From positions 62,001 through 126,000 of the forward strand of contig JBLWGC010000159.1 in the NCBI GenBank assembly GCA_048772705.1: a DNA stretch of 64,000 nt. The letters are read 5' to 3'. Numbering within the stretch: position 1 is the stretch's first letter; each line of letters begins with the position of its first letter. Shown here piece after piece: positions 1 to 10,801 of this stretch. Below the pieces are notes generated by a model. The model was not told the origin of the DNA and made no database searches. It worked only from the letters and a program-made list of their open reading frames with translations. The translations under genes were made by a program, and so were the position numbers. This DNA comes from Leidyana gryllorum EB-2025a (lineage: Eukaryota > Protista > Apicomplexa).

Positions 1-200
1 GGTGCCCACACGCTCGTCAGTAGTCTCAGTGTGAGCCTGGAGCTTCTGATCGACCCGTTGGAGCTTCTGGTCGACCCGTCCGTCAGTTGACTCAGTGTGA
101 GCTTGAAGGATGGTGCCCACACGCTCGTCAGTCGACTCAGTGTGAGCCTGGAGCTTCTGGTCGACCCGTCCGTCAGTTGACTGAGTGTGAGCCCGGAGCT
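1..200. repeat. Imperfect ~45-nt coding tandem repeat
   Basis: Recurrent units such as cagtgtgagcctggagcttctggtcgacccgtccgtcagttgact and ggtgcccacacgctcgtcagt. Confidence 0.85.
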
Positions 201-1377
201 TGTTGTCCAACATGTGCCCAGCCTTATTGTGAGCTTGGAGGAGGCTGCCTATACGTTCGTCTACGGCATTTATGTGAGCTTTAAGCTTGTCGATCCGCTC
301 GTCAGCAGACGACCTGTGGATTGCAATGATCGCGTTCAGATGCTCATCATTGATGTCAGTGTGAACTTGTCGGTCACCACAGGCTTGTCTGCATGTTCGA
401 GAGATTGTCTCGGGCTGAAGCGACAATTGATTGAGTGTACAGTGAATATTATCAACCACGGGCTCTGCGACAGCCTGAGCCTCGTCCTGGTCCTGGAACC
501 CATTTTCAGGTTGCCTGTTTTCATTGAGTTGGTCAATGTGCGGGAGGATGTCCTTGTCCACCTCTCGTTTATCCCCTATCTGGGCGGAGAAGAGACCATT
601 CTGGCTCACTGGCTCCGTCTTCACCAGTCCTTGCACCTCCCCGACGGAAGTCCTCGATCGTGCACCAGCGATCTCGGCTGTTCCCTTGCTCAGCCCTTCT
701 AGCCTGTCAGTGTCGGCATTCACACTGCTGGGCTGTAGTCCAATCATCTCATCGGGCGTCGATTGCGCTTCGATCACGGACCGCTCTATTGAGGGGAGAG
801 AGCCATTGTACATGGGAAATGAGGTTGACATCCCATTGGGTCGCATTAGTAATCCATCGTCGGCGGAGAGTTCACAGTGCACTTCCGACGAGGACGTTGG
901 GTCGCTGTCGGACTGTGTAATCATGTTGTTTGTCAGACCACCGCTCGGATTCTCGTCTTGTGTGGTGAGATGAGAAGGCTGCTGGTCATTTTGACTCAGA
1001 CCATTTGGATATAGCCGTATCAGCTCTTCTGACGTGACAAAGTGCCATTTGAAGTACTTTGAGTCCTTGATGGAAAGTCCGTTTTTTGGAGTAGTCTCAG
1101 GGATGATTGGCCACGAATCACTCGCATCGGAGAGGGTGTTCCCGATACCCGCTGCCTCCAACTCGTGGTCTGTATCCACAATCAGTACAGTCCGGGGAAA
1201 GAAGGCTTCCTCCCGAGAAACAAAGTGTCGATCAAGGTATTCGCGTAGTACGTCACATCCTCGTGAGACAGCAGTCCTCAGACTCATCAATGGTACTCCA
1301 CCGTCCTCCAGAAACTGAAGCCGGGCTTCGTTATCTCCTTGAACTGTTCTTATCCGTCTAAGGGCTTGGTTTTGCAT
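1..1377 (-). CDS. Hypothetical protein with 15-aa coiled-coil-like tandem repeats (3' end runs off the window; upstream exons to about 2456 are possible)
   Basis: Stop-free frame from ATG 1377 (MQNQALRRIRTVQGD...) to base 1, missing from the ORF track because it has no stop in the window. Ends in repeats QAHTESTDERVGTIL / QAHTESTDGRVDQKL. Confidence 0.7.
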   Translation of the reverse strand, partial: MQNQALRRIRTVQGDNEARLQFLEDGGVPLMSLRTAVSRGCDVLREYLDRHFVSREEAFFPRTVLIVDTDHELEAAGIGNTLSDASDSWPIIPETTPKNGLSIKDSKYFKWHFVTSEELIRLYPNGLSQNDQQPSHLTTQDENPSGGLTNNMITQSDSDPTSSSEVHCELSADDGLLMRPNGMSTSFPMYNGSLPSIERSVIEAQSTPDEMIGLQPSSVNADTDRLEGLSKGTAEIAGARSRTSVGEVQGLVKTEPVSQNGLFSAQIGDKREVDKDILPHIDQLNENRQPENGFQDQDEAQAVAEPVVDNIHCTLNQLSLQPETISRTCRQACGDRQVHTDINDEHLNAIIAIHRSSADERIDKLKAHINAVDERIGSLLQAHNKAGHMLDNKLRAHTQSTDGRVDQKLQAHTESTDERVGTILQAHTESTDGRVDQKLQRVDQKLQAHTETTDERVGT

Positions 1378-2537
1378 TATCGCCCCGTCCGTCACGCCGT
1401 GCAGCACGCCTATCTCATATGGACGGACCATTGTGATGGGGGGTGTTCAAATGTATATCGCTTAGATGTCCGATACTTTTTGACTTTCCCTTCAGGGTGA
1501 CCCCCGGGGTCTCTAGGGTTGAGGGGATGTGGAGTGCCGCTTCGGCTCAACACACATTTATCCCTCGAGGAATACATTCTAACACGGGCGACAGATCTGG
1601 TGTACTTATGTACCCACAAACACTGACGGATCTGCAAGCGGAGCGGCAGACATGGGGATCACGAAAAAAGAGCGCGTCTTGGCTATAGAGGCCCAACGTC
1701 AGTGCATCTCCCCCACCACGTCTCGCTCCCAAGCTTTGTCCAGGGGCGGCCGACAACACATCTCGTCTCTCATCCTCCCAGAGAACTCCTCCCCCTCCGG
1801 ACGGACGGACGGACTGACTGGCATACACGCTGCAGAAAGAGATCCACAGTTCCGAGTCGCTCAGGTCCAACCCCAGCCAGATCCGCTCATATTCGCTCAA
1901 AGCACCGCCCAGTTGATCAACTCACGTGTCCAAGCTCTCTCACAGTGGGCCACACGGAAAGCGAGCCCACATTTCGAAGAAGTTGACACTCCAATTTCCA
2001 CCTCCATGAGACAATAGATGTCCACCCCTCTATCAGTCGTCGCAGGTGATCGATCCATCGGCCATTGTTTTGTAGTGACCAACCCGTGGAGCAAAAAAGA
2101 CAGTGCTGGGGGTCCACAGAACGGTGTGTAGAGTGAGTCGTTCAGAAGAGTTGGGTAATGTGACTCGTGACTCAACTTGCATTCTTTATCACCCAAATGC
2201 TCGTGGTGGCACAGTACGACCGCAGTGCCGTACTCACTTGGTGCCTTGAATTCCTGAGTACCAGATCTCTTGAAGCTACGTTACAAATTGTGACCAAAGC
2301 CAATAGGAAAGCGTAGCAGAGAGCGTTTATAGCAGTCGGGCGGGATGCAAGAAGGCCACAAATCGCAACTTCGGACACGATGCCCGTCACCGGTGCGGCG
2401 ATCGAAAGTGGTTTGGCAGTGAGGGCCCCCGAAGCCGACTGGGTTGGCCAATACATCCAGACATTCGCGAACAAACCGGTTGCAGGGTTCCCTCCCCCAC
2501 TGGATGTTGACAAGTCCTTTGGTGTACAACGTAAATT

Positions 2538-3513
2538 ATGGGGGATTGCGTCTTGTTGGGCGAGGTTGGAGATCCCGGGTAAGTAGATGACTGTTTCACA
2601 ACATCTGTGACTTGAGAGTAGATGGTATATCCAAGGCTTACTGGGTATTGTTAGTTTCTCCTCCCTCGTAGCGAAACGTTATTGGGTAAGTTTTATTGAC
2701 GAGGTGTCACCAGCGGGTACCGTGATCAGGACCGCCCCCGTCGAACATGGAGTGTTTGGGGAATGGACGCCGCCAAACAGGCGATAGGCGCCTTATTTGC
2801 CCACTCGCGTAAGGCAGACCAGAGATTGTGAGAGCAACTGCATTCAAATAGTCAACATGGCTTTCGCGTCTGTTCAAGCCGTGGTGCTGGAGGGTGACGC
2901 TTGCGAATGGTATTGGCTGAACATTATGTTAGATACGTCAGCTGGAGTGGCCATCTGCTACTTTGCTTTACAGATGCTGTTAAGTAGCATGGTGGTCCAA
3001 AATCACCTGGGAGGCTCCGTAGCTAAGGTACATACGACTGATGTGTCCGATGGCGAGACCGTTTGCAGTATGGATATTATGGAGAGCCCCCCCAATTGCG
3101 GCTTTGGCTGAATCAAATGCTACTCTGGTTGGTTGTGATACTGATAATGAAGATGGCAGTGCTGGCGATCATGATAGTTTTCCAACACCTTCTAATCTGG
3201 ATTGCCCAGGTGTTTCTGTAAGCCACACACACGTCTCCTGTCGTTTAAAAGGTTATTGATTGTTGATAGTGCGAAGGTGGATAAGAGACCGGTGCTCAAG
3301 CTGGCTGTGGTGATGATTTTGACTCCAGTTGTGATGAATTCTTTACAATACTGGTTGACTGATAACTTCTTGCAACACAAGCACAGAGGGAACGACGACG
3401 ATCTACTCCCACTGAGGTCCCCGAGTGTTGTTTCGACCACAGCTGACTCACCGACCAGCATGACAGCCGATATATCAAAATCTCGTCTGTTTGCGTATCC
3501 GTTTGTGGCCTAG
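2538..3513 (+). CDS. STIMATE/TMEM110-like (vacuolar membrane protein family), multi-exon
   Basis: Spliced reading MGDCVLLGEVGDPGWYIQGLLGIVSFSSLVAKRYW...RPRRTWSVWGMDAAKQAIGALFAH...GDACEWYWLNIMLDT...YGEPP...KLAVVMILTPVVMNSLQYWLTDNFL matches family motifs (DxSKQ, CxWY, YGxPP, PxxxNxxQxWxxDxxL). Confidence 0.85.
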
Positions 3514-5263
3514 TATGATCGCGCGGGTGCTTCGGCCCCACTCAATAGTGCATTGAGACTAGCCAATGTCGCCATTGCTTCCACTCGAGCAGCTTCTGCC
3601 TCGGCTCGGAAGTTTGCCCGGTTACGGTGCCGCTTGCGTGGTGGTTCGGCAGGTACCACAGCGGCGGCTGATGACGGTTCTGCGTCTTCCGCTTCCAGAT
3701 CAATGGCAGCGGGGCGCCAAGACGATCGCAATGACTCGGGATACAACTGCAAATTAATTTTGTAGTCCACCTTCCGGCTTTCCTCGCTCACTCACCATCT
3801 TGAGTGTGTTCAGTGTCACAGTCTCAACGCGACCGTGGGAGCTGTCGAGCGATCCACTTCCTGTTGCCGTCCCCTGATGTTCGAGAAGTTTCCCTAGTGC
3901 CTGTTTATATGCCCGAAATACAAGCTTCTTCTCCCCCCTCCCTAACTGATCCAACGGTTTTGCTGTTGCTTGGAAGATAATGAGGGCACAGGGCAAAGAG
4001 GCAGGCGAACTCAAGAGACCGCTTAACTGTTCCAAGTCTTTTTCCAATCGCAGCGACAACTCATAGGTACGCATGAAAGACTCGCATCCTCTCCAAGCTT
4101 CAATATCGTCCACGACCATAGAGGCTGCCAGTCTGTCGAGGAAAGCGTTAAAGAATGTTCACACTGGACAAGTCTTACTTTGCCAGTTCGGCTGCAGCCC
4201 AGGATTGGTCCAGTCGCTTGGATGTGGGTTTCATGAGTCGCTTGCGACATCGCCTTTGTGAATCGATGGCAGATCTCGAAGCTGCTCTTGCACTGATGGC
4301 AGCAGCAGTCGCGGCGGCTTCAGCTTCTTCTGTGCCACTCAGATGGACAACCTGTTGAGATCCGACCGCGTTTATAAAGCTGGATAAGATTGATTGGGCG
4401 ATCTTGGACCCAAAGTGCTCATTCAGTCGGTTCGGAAAGGCAATACTCTTCTCAATATCGCACAGCTGACGATTGATAAATTCCCATGAAGCCGTGATGT
4501 TGCTGATGAACGGGTCTCGCACAAAACTTCCTCCACATATTACAGCTCGCTGTAGATCCACAGACATCAACTTGTGAAGTATTGGAAGTCCCAGGCGCAA
4601 ATGTTTGTCCCTATTGAGCACCTCATAAGTAGTCCGCAACTCTTCGATCAGCCTTCGATCAACCGAAGTCGGAAGCGCCCAACTCGTGCAGCACCATTTA
4701 CACGCGTGGGCACACGCTCCTCCTCCTCCCCCTGGAGAGGCCTTCTGTTGATCGGTAGTGGTGGTGGTTCCCGTCAAAACTTCTCCTCCCCGTAACTGCA
4801 AAAACTGAACCCCACGGGAGCATTGGCCGCAAAAGTCGCATGATAACCCAAATGAGCGCTCAAAGTATGCTTCCCGAGCGCTCAGTTTTAGAATACTTGG
4901 GTCCACTGATGGTTTCCATTTCATTATTTGACATTCTGTACTTGAAGAAGCGGCCGCCCCCTCGCCCGCTTCCAAGCTGCCAGTCGTCTGAGTGGTGGCC
5001 TGACTGTCCCACAGGGACGGGGACGAGGACGTCGGAGGGACCGCTCCAGCTCTCATCAAGGCGGAGTCAGGAGTAGACTCTTCTTTGTCTCGGTGCTCTC
5101 GGAACCCCCAGAGGAGCGTTCGGTAAATGGACTCGACATAATCGTAATGTTGGGAAGGGCGGAGCGCTAAAGCCACATAGCGCATTTCAATAGGATAGAG
5201 GAAGCGACACAGCGAGAATCCAAATACCTCCGGGGGCAGATTCCGTAGCCTTCTGCTCATCAC
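3510..5263 (-). CDS. Hypothetical protein with N-terminal F-box-like motif, 3 exons
   Basis: ORFs 4175-5263, 3754-4119 and 3510-3791 join through GTAAGA..ACAG and GTGAGT..GCAG introns. The N-terminus LRNLPPEVFGFSLCRFL resembles an F-box. Confidence 0.55.
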
Positions 5264-5323
5264 AGTAAGTAAAACATTAAGTTGATAGTGGACGTCAATA
5301 TTGGCTGGTAAAAAAAGCAGGTT

Positions 5324-6247
5324 TTAGAAGCCACTTTGTTCAACTGCACCTAACCAAACCTCACGAATGTGACTCTCTGCCTTCCAGGATTCATTCAGCA
5401 TAGTGATCAGTCCATCAAGTTGTGCATCGGCTTCCACCTCTTCCTTCTGTTCAGGCTCTTGGCCGCCGCTCGTCGTTGATGCTGCTGGGCCTCCCGCTCG
5501 GCGCCGTAGTGGTGACAGATTAGATACGCTTCCTGTTTCTATTGCTTCATTCAGAGCAGTCAAATATTGATTACTCGCATCAACAGTGGCTTTGAGACGA
5601 TCTTCAACGCGATCAAAGAAGTATGACAGGGATAGACCTGGCGACTGTCGAGCTTGTGGTGAGGGGGGCTGTGGTGCGGTTGGCATCTCAGACTCTTCGC
5701 CTGCCGGATCCTCGGCTGGTGGGGCCGCTTCTGGCTCCTCCGCAGGAGTGACCGTCGGGTTGGAGACAGGGACTGAAGAAGTCTTGGGCAGATCATGTCG
5801 TGAGGGGGGTCGTGAACTGACCCCAGGCATACATTTAGACTGTCTATATGGAATCATCCCCCTTCGATTGGCACCAAAGCCGTCGGGCTCCCCAGAGTCG
5901 GGCAGGCCTCGCTTCTCTTTGGCAGCATCGAGCGCTGCCCACAAACTGTGCCGGGCGGCTGGCTTGGCTGGGAGTGCAGACCGTCCACCACCATACGGAG
6001 AGGGGTCATCCAGACCACTCATATCAGTGGCCTTTGCTGCTGTCTCACCCACAAGTCCTGTCCCGGAAATCTGGCTGATCTCTTTCGATAGAGGGGAAGA
6101 CAGAGGTTGAGGTTTGGTGCTGGGTCGAACGCAGTGAGTGTCCTGGAGTACGGGCAGAGGCCTCATATTCCAGGGCGTATTGAACTCGTCGATTTTGACT
6201 TTCAACCCGGCAATGGAAGACAAGACATCCGCAGTTCGACTCATTAT
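5324..6247 (-). CDS. Hypothetical protein, Pro/Ser/Glu-rich with helical C-terminus
   Basis: 330-aa ORF (5324-6316); probable start at MSRTADVLSS (about 6247). Confidence 0.6.
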   Translation of the reverse strand: MMSRTADVLSSIAGLKVKIDEFNTPWNMRPLPVLQDTHCVRPSTKPQPLSSPLSKEISQISGTGLVGETAAKATDMSGLDDPSPYGGGRSALPAKPAARHSLWAALDAAKEKRGLPDSGEPDGFGANRRGMIPYRQSKCMPGVSSRPPSRHDLPKTSSVPVSNPTVTPAEEPEAAPPAEDPAGEESEMPTAPQPPSPQARQSPGLSLSYFFDRVEDRLKATVDASNQYLTALNEAIETGSVSNLSPLRRRAGGPAASTTSGGQEPEQKEEVEADAQLDGLITMLNESWKAESHIREVWLGAVEQSGF

Positions 6248-6407
6248 TCTGAAGCAGCAAAGTGTCAGCGTGGGGAGGAGGTATGGGTAGAAACACTTAC
6301 TCCACGGTAGAATCATTCGTCATACTTAGACGCTGTTTATACAGCTGATAGATAGCGAGACGGGCCTCCTCAACATTAGTGGGTACCACAACTTGCTGCA
6401 AACAATA

Positions 6408-9118
6408 TTAAATGATACTCGACTCGGATCGGATGGGTTGAGCACTTACGGTTTCCGCCAAGGAGTCGGAGGTATTGACAATGAGTTCTGCTTCGCGGTG
6501 CAATTTGATCAGATTCTCGGTGGTCTCAGTGATTCGTTGCTCCATAGCCTCGTCGTCGTCCCCAACTCTCTGTTCCAAGCCCTCAACGGTGGCCCGCAAG
6601 GTTTCAGCAGCTTCCAGAGCTGTTTGTGTTGGGGGCAGGATGCTTATCAGACAGTCTACCCGGGAGACGTGGTCGTCGACCTGTCGAAGCACTTCCAGGA
6701 AGTTCTGATAGGGGGGGGCATTGGGTAACTCCTTTTCGAGTGCGTTGAAAATATCTCGGCGGCGCAAATCTTCACTGGATGGGGGTGTCGAAGGAGCGGC
6801 CGCCGGGACGCCTGGACGGCCAACTTTGAGCGGTGGAATACCAAATTCTACCATTAATCGCCGGTCAATGTCACTGAGACCCCTATATGGGTCATCTGGG
6901 TCGTCTTCAGCCCCCTCGGACTCCGAAATAGGATCAGTGGATGTGCCAACCTCCACTTTGGGAGGACCAGCAGCAGCGGCGGCAGCAGCAGCAGTGTTTT
7001 GCAGATTCGCTGCTTCGTCTTCCACGCTATCCGATTCTCCGTGTATAACAAACTCCTTTGGCTTCTGTTCGTCATTAGTAGTCACCGGCTGCGAGGCCGG
7101 CTGCGAGGTCGTGGGTACTGCTTCGGTCGCGAGCTGGGCACCCGACGACTGTGTGGCCGAGGCTGCGGCGTCAGTGGCTGAGGCTGCGGCGTCAGTGGCC
7201 GAGGCTGCGGCGTCAGTGGCCGAGGCTGCGGCGTCCGTTGTTGTCTGTGCACCCTGGGCTGTCTCTTCTGGGACGCTGGCAAGGGTGACCTTGGGGCCGC
7301 CATGAATGGGCGTCGGGCTGAGTGGCGTCATTCCTGCTGTGGCCATGGAGGTGTCTGCCTTCTCGATGATGAGAGTGGTGAATCGCCCGCCCCCCTCATC
7401 GGAACCATAGGAATCCGTATTGGAGACTGACGAAGTCTGTACGGCCTCTTCCGCTGCCGTCCAAGGCCCTCCACCAATCACAGGGCCCGGCAACAATGGT
7501 CCAGGGGCCAGTTCGGGAGATTCTCCACCTTGCGGACCGTTGACAACGGACGGGAGCTCCTGATCGCCAGTCTTCGGGTACTCAGCGAGGAGGTTACCAT
7601 CGCCATTGGGTGTCTTGAAATCGATCATCACTTTGCTGCTGCACGGGGACCGGGAATAGGGTGATGTTTCGAGATAGTACTTGAGTCGCTCATCCCACGC
7701 CTCGTTCATAACTCTCATGACTTCTTGCAGACGATGTTCCGAGCACTCCTCCAGGATTTTCCACGTTTTGACTTTCTGATCTGATTGCCACGCGGCCACC
7801 ACTCCTCTGTCCTTCAGACCCATGGCGTACAGAGGTTTAAGGAATTGTCTGGATACTGAAGTGGCCGGTAAGTAGCACAGATATCGGAAGACTGCTAGCT
7901 CACAGTCCCCAAGGGCACTCTCGTAGAACAACACGTCGTCCTCGGGCAACAGCGTGATCTCGTCGTCCAGCTCGAATATGAGAGCGTTGGGGTCCTCGTG
8001 CTGCGGAGATCGCTTTGTGCGTATCACACAAAGCATCTGATTAACAGCTGTGGCGATCATGAAGCCTCCAGGCCAAGATGCGATTAGCATTCGCATCATG
8101 AGAATAGGAGCCTCTGCGCCCTCGGGTATGCAGTCACTTTCCGCTACGAGCTGAAAAGACGACAATGAAAAGCATTGGCCTGCGGATAAACTCTCACCAG
8201 TTGGGGGCTATTGAAAACCACCTTGGCCTTGGTTTTGCCAGAGATGTCCAAGACCATGAATTTGCTGTTCATGTTCTTCACCGACGGGGTTCCCTTCTGT
8301 ATCAGAGCCAAAAGGTGTCCATTGTCATCACCCCCCAGCCAATAAGTGGACACGATCGTGTCATTGGCCGCGGCCACGTGAAGTCGCCGGGAGAGCTGTA
8401 GATTCGTGTCATACAGCTCAATGTAATGTCCACAGCAACTAATCAGAAGCGCCTCTCCATTCACAACGCCGAACGCTGGCATCGACGTCAATCGCAGTTC
8501 TATTTGACATTCACATTTCTGATCCTTCATTTTCCGTACTCTCAGAGTCAAGGGAGCTGCGACTTTCGGGTCGTAACTGTTATTGACGTCCTCCACCACA
8601 TAATGCTCTTCTCCCAGAGTATCATCACCCCATAATATATCAAGAACGTTCGTAGCCTTATATGCAGGCCAAGCTCGAGTAACAGTGAGGTCCCCTTTCG
8701 AGTAGTCCGACTCGCTGAACACATACACTTTAACCTGATCCTTCAGGACGAGGGCGAGAGCAATTCCATTTGTATATACGGCTTCGCCTCGACAACATAT
8801 GTCCGCATCATCATCCTCACAGTCGTCGTTGTAGATTGGGAGTTGGTACGTATCTGCCTCTTGGATAACAGCATCGCACTCCTGACCGTTCAGCTGACTC
8901 TGGCAGCACCAGAATGGCCGCGAGCCTTCCACATCGGCAAGCCAAATCACGTAATGCCCGTCGGGCGTGGCGCACACCGTTTGCTTCGGGTACGAAATGG
9001 GCGTGATCCGGGTTTTACTTTTTGAGAGCGTAACATCTGCAATGATTCGTAATACACGTGTTCACACATCGCTCTTTCTGACCTCCCACTACTTACAGTC
9101 GACCACACAATCCTTCAT
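6408..9118 (-). CDS. Hypothetical protein: putative beta-propeller N-terminus, low-complexity linker, C-terminal coiled coil; 3 exons
   Basis: Micro first exon MKDCVVD, then ORFs 8144-8977 and 6408-8165 joined in frame by a GTGAGA..TTTCAG intron. Confidence 0.6.
7153..7236. repeat. 21-nt coding tandem repeat x4 (TDAAASA)
   Basis: gtggccgaggctgcggcgtca repeated four times. Confidence 0.9.
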
Positions 9119-9161
9119 CCTTCCCAACCAGGCCGTTCCAGGGGTAAAAAAGCTCCATTTT

Positions 9162-9581
9162 TTACTGGTGAGAACTCAGGTAGTCGGTCAAAGCTCTACG
9201 GGCAGGGCCTACTGCATCGCCCTTAGGACTGCACGTAGAGAATATAGAGTCATACAACAACATTGGGTCCTCGAAAGATATGAGTTTCTCGAAATCTTGG
9301 CGGAATCGCTCATCGAAAAATAGCGTGTCACGGTGAACACGCGTGAAGCCTTCGAACAATGTGTCCAGCTCCTTCAGCCCCGCGTGTGTCGCACGGTAAA
9401 CTAATTTCTTCACTTCTGTATCAATGGCGGCGGCTGTCCCCACTTCCCGCCCCCCCATGGGAGCAGCAGCAACATCACCACCAGCAAAGGCAGCATAGGA
9501 TCGACCTCGACTAACGCGTCTCGGAACGGATGAATAGGCCCACACTGGACATGAAGGAACAGTGTTTTTTGTAATTACCAT
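9162..9581 (-). CDS. SDHAF2: Succinate dehydrogenase assembly factor 2 (Sdh5/SdhE family)
   Basis: KKLVYRATHAGLKELDTLFEGF...FEKLISFEDPMLL matches the Sdh5 pattern KRLxYRxxxRGxxExDxxL...LL..D. The Arg-rich N-terminus (RRVSRGRSY/A) resembles a mitochondrial presequence. Confidence 0.8.
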   Translation of the reverse strand: MVITKNTVPSCPVWAYSSVPRRVSRGRSYAAFAGGDVAAAPMGGREVGTAAAIDTEVKKLVYRATHAGLKELDTLFEGFTRVHRDTLFFDERFRQDFEKLISFEDPMLLYDSIFSTCSPKGDAVGPARRALTDYLSSHQ

Positions 9582-9640
9582 CTAGCGAGGTGGTTGTGAG
9601 TTATTTTCTTTCCTCCAGGCCTTTTTATTGATCACCAGAC

Positions 9641-10770
9641 ATGCTCGCCCGCACTGTGGCCGCGGCTGGCGGATCTAAAACACCCTTGATCAAGCTGATT
9701 AAGGGCATACGGTCTTCTTCTTCTTCTACTGCTCAATCTACAAAGGCTGCACAGAAGTTCACCATATTTCGATATAATCCTGAAATTGCTCAAGCGCCCC
9801 ATTTCGAGTCCTTCGATCTCACGCTCAAAGAATGCGGTCCCATGGTCTTAGACGCCTTGATCAAGATCAAGAACGAAAACGACTCGACGTTGTCGTTCAG
9901 ACGCAGTTGTCGCGAGGGGATCTGCGGTAGCTGCGCGATGAATATCAACGGGAAGAATGGGTTAGCTTGCTTGACCCCCATAGACACTGAACGCGATGGT
10001 ACGCCAAACACTAATCCCCTCTCGCCCAGCCCAATCATAATTGCCTCAGAAGTGACAATCCGTCCATTGCCTCACATGTTCGTACTGCGCGATCTGGTTC
10101 CCGACATGACTAACTTTTACCAAAACTACATGGCCATACAGCCATGGCTCCAACGCGACAATAAGTCGGTACGTTATCATCACCTCTTAACCGACATTCA
10201 TCATCATTATCGCGTTGCCACAGAAGGAACAAACAACAGAAAGTCTGCAAAGCATTGAGGATCGCAAAAAGTTGGATGGAATGTATGAGGTGCGTGCCCC
10301 ATCATCACGAGGTGTCGTATTCTATACATTTGTGTAATCAGTGTATTCTGTGCGCCTGCTGTTCTACCTCATGCCCGTCACAATGGTGGCACCCCGAGAC
10401 TTATCTGGGGCCCCAAGCGCTCCTGGCGGTATGTCGAAGTTTCTTGTTCTATCTTCAACCACACACGCCACACGCGCGCGCAGGCCTATCGCTGGGTGGC
10501 CGATAGCAGAGACGAGCATAAGGAAGATCGTTTGGCTTATCTTAATGATACGATGCGATTGTACAGATGCCACAACATTGGCAATTGTACTAACTGTTGT
10601 CCAAAGAGTGAGCACTTCTGTTGTGTAGGGCCTGCTGAGCACCTTTCCATCCAGATCTAAAACCACATGAAGCTATCGAGAATCTGAAGCAAGAGATAGC
10701 ACAGCTCGCCGATCCGGATGACTGGGACGAACGAAGAGCTGCGCGAGCAACTTCTGTAGATAAAAAATAG
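9641..10770 (+). CDS. SDHB: Succinate dehydrogenase iron-sulfur subunit, multi-exon
   Basis: [59 protein letters not shown]; mitochondrial presequence. Confidence 0.98.
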
Positions 10771-10801
10771 AGATATAGTAGTCAAAATAGAACTATCCCC
10801 A

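Noticed and set aside
1-200. CRISPR-like array
   Set aside because: No unique spacers and no cas genes; the repeats are in-frame coding units in a eukaryotic gene
1547-1900. ATG4/UfSP-like motif (SLGARRGGGDALTLGLYSQDALFFRDPH) in a minus-strand ORF
   Set aside because: No catalytic Cys motif was found upstream, and the segment lies between a GTGAGT donor (~1926) and a TTGCAG acceptor (~1635), so it may be intronic; the similarity is too short
9156-9164. TAA-AAA-ATG coupling of the SDHAF2 stop to the next gene
   Set aside because: The ATG at 9158 goes out of frame after the first intron; the ATG at 9118 gives the open reading
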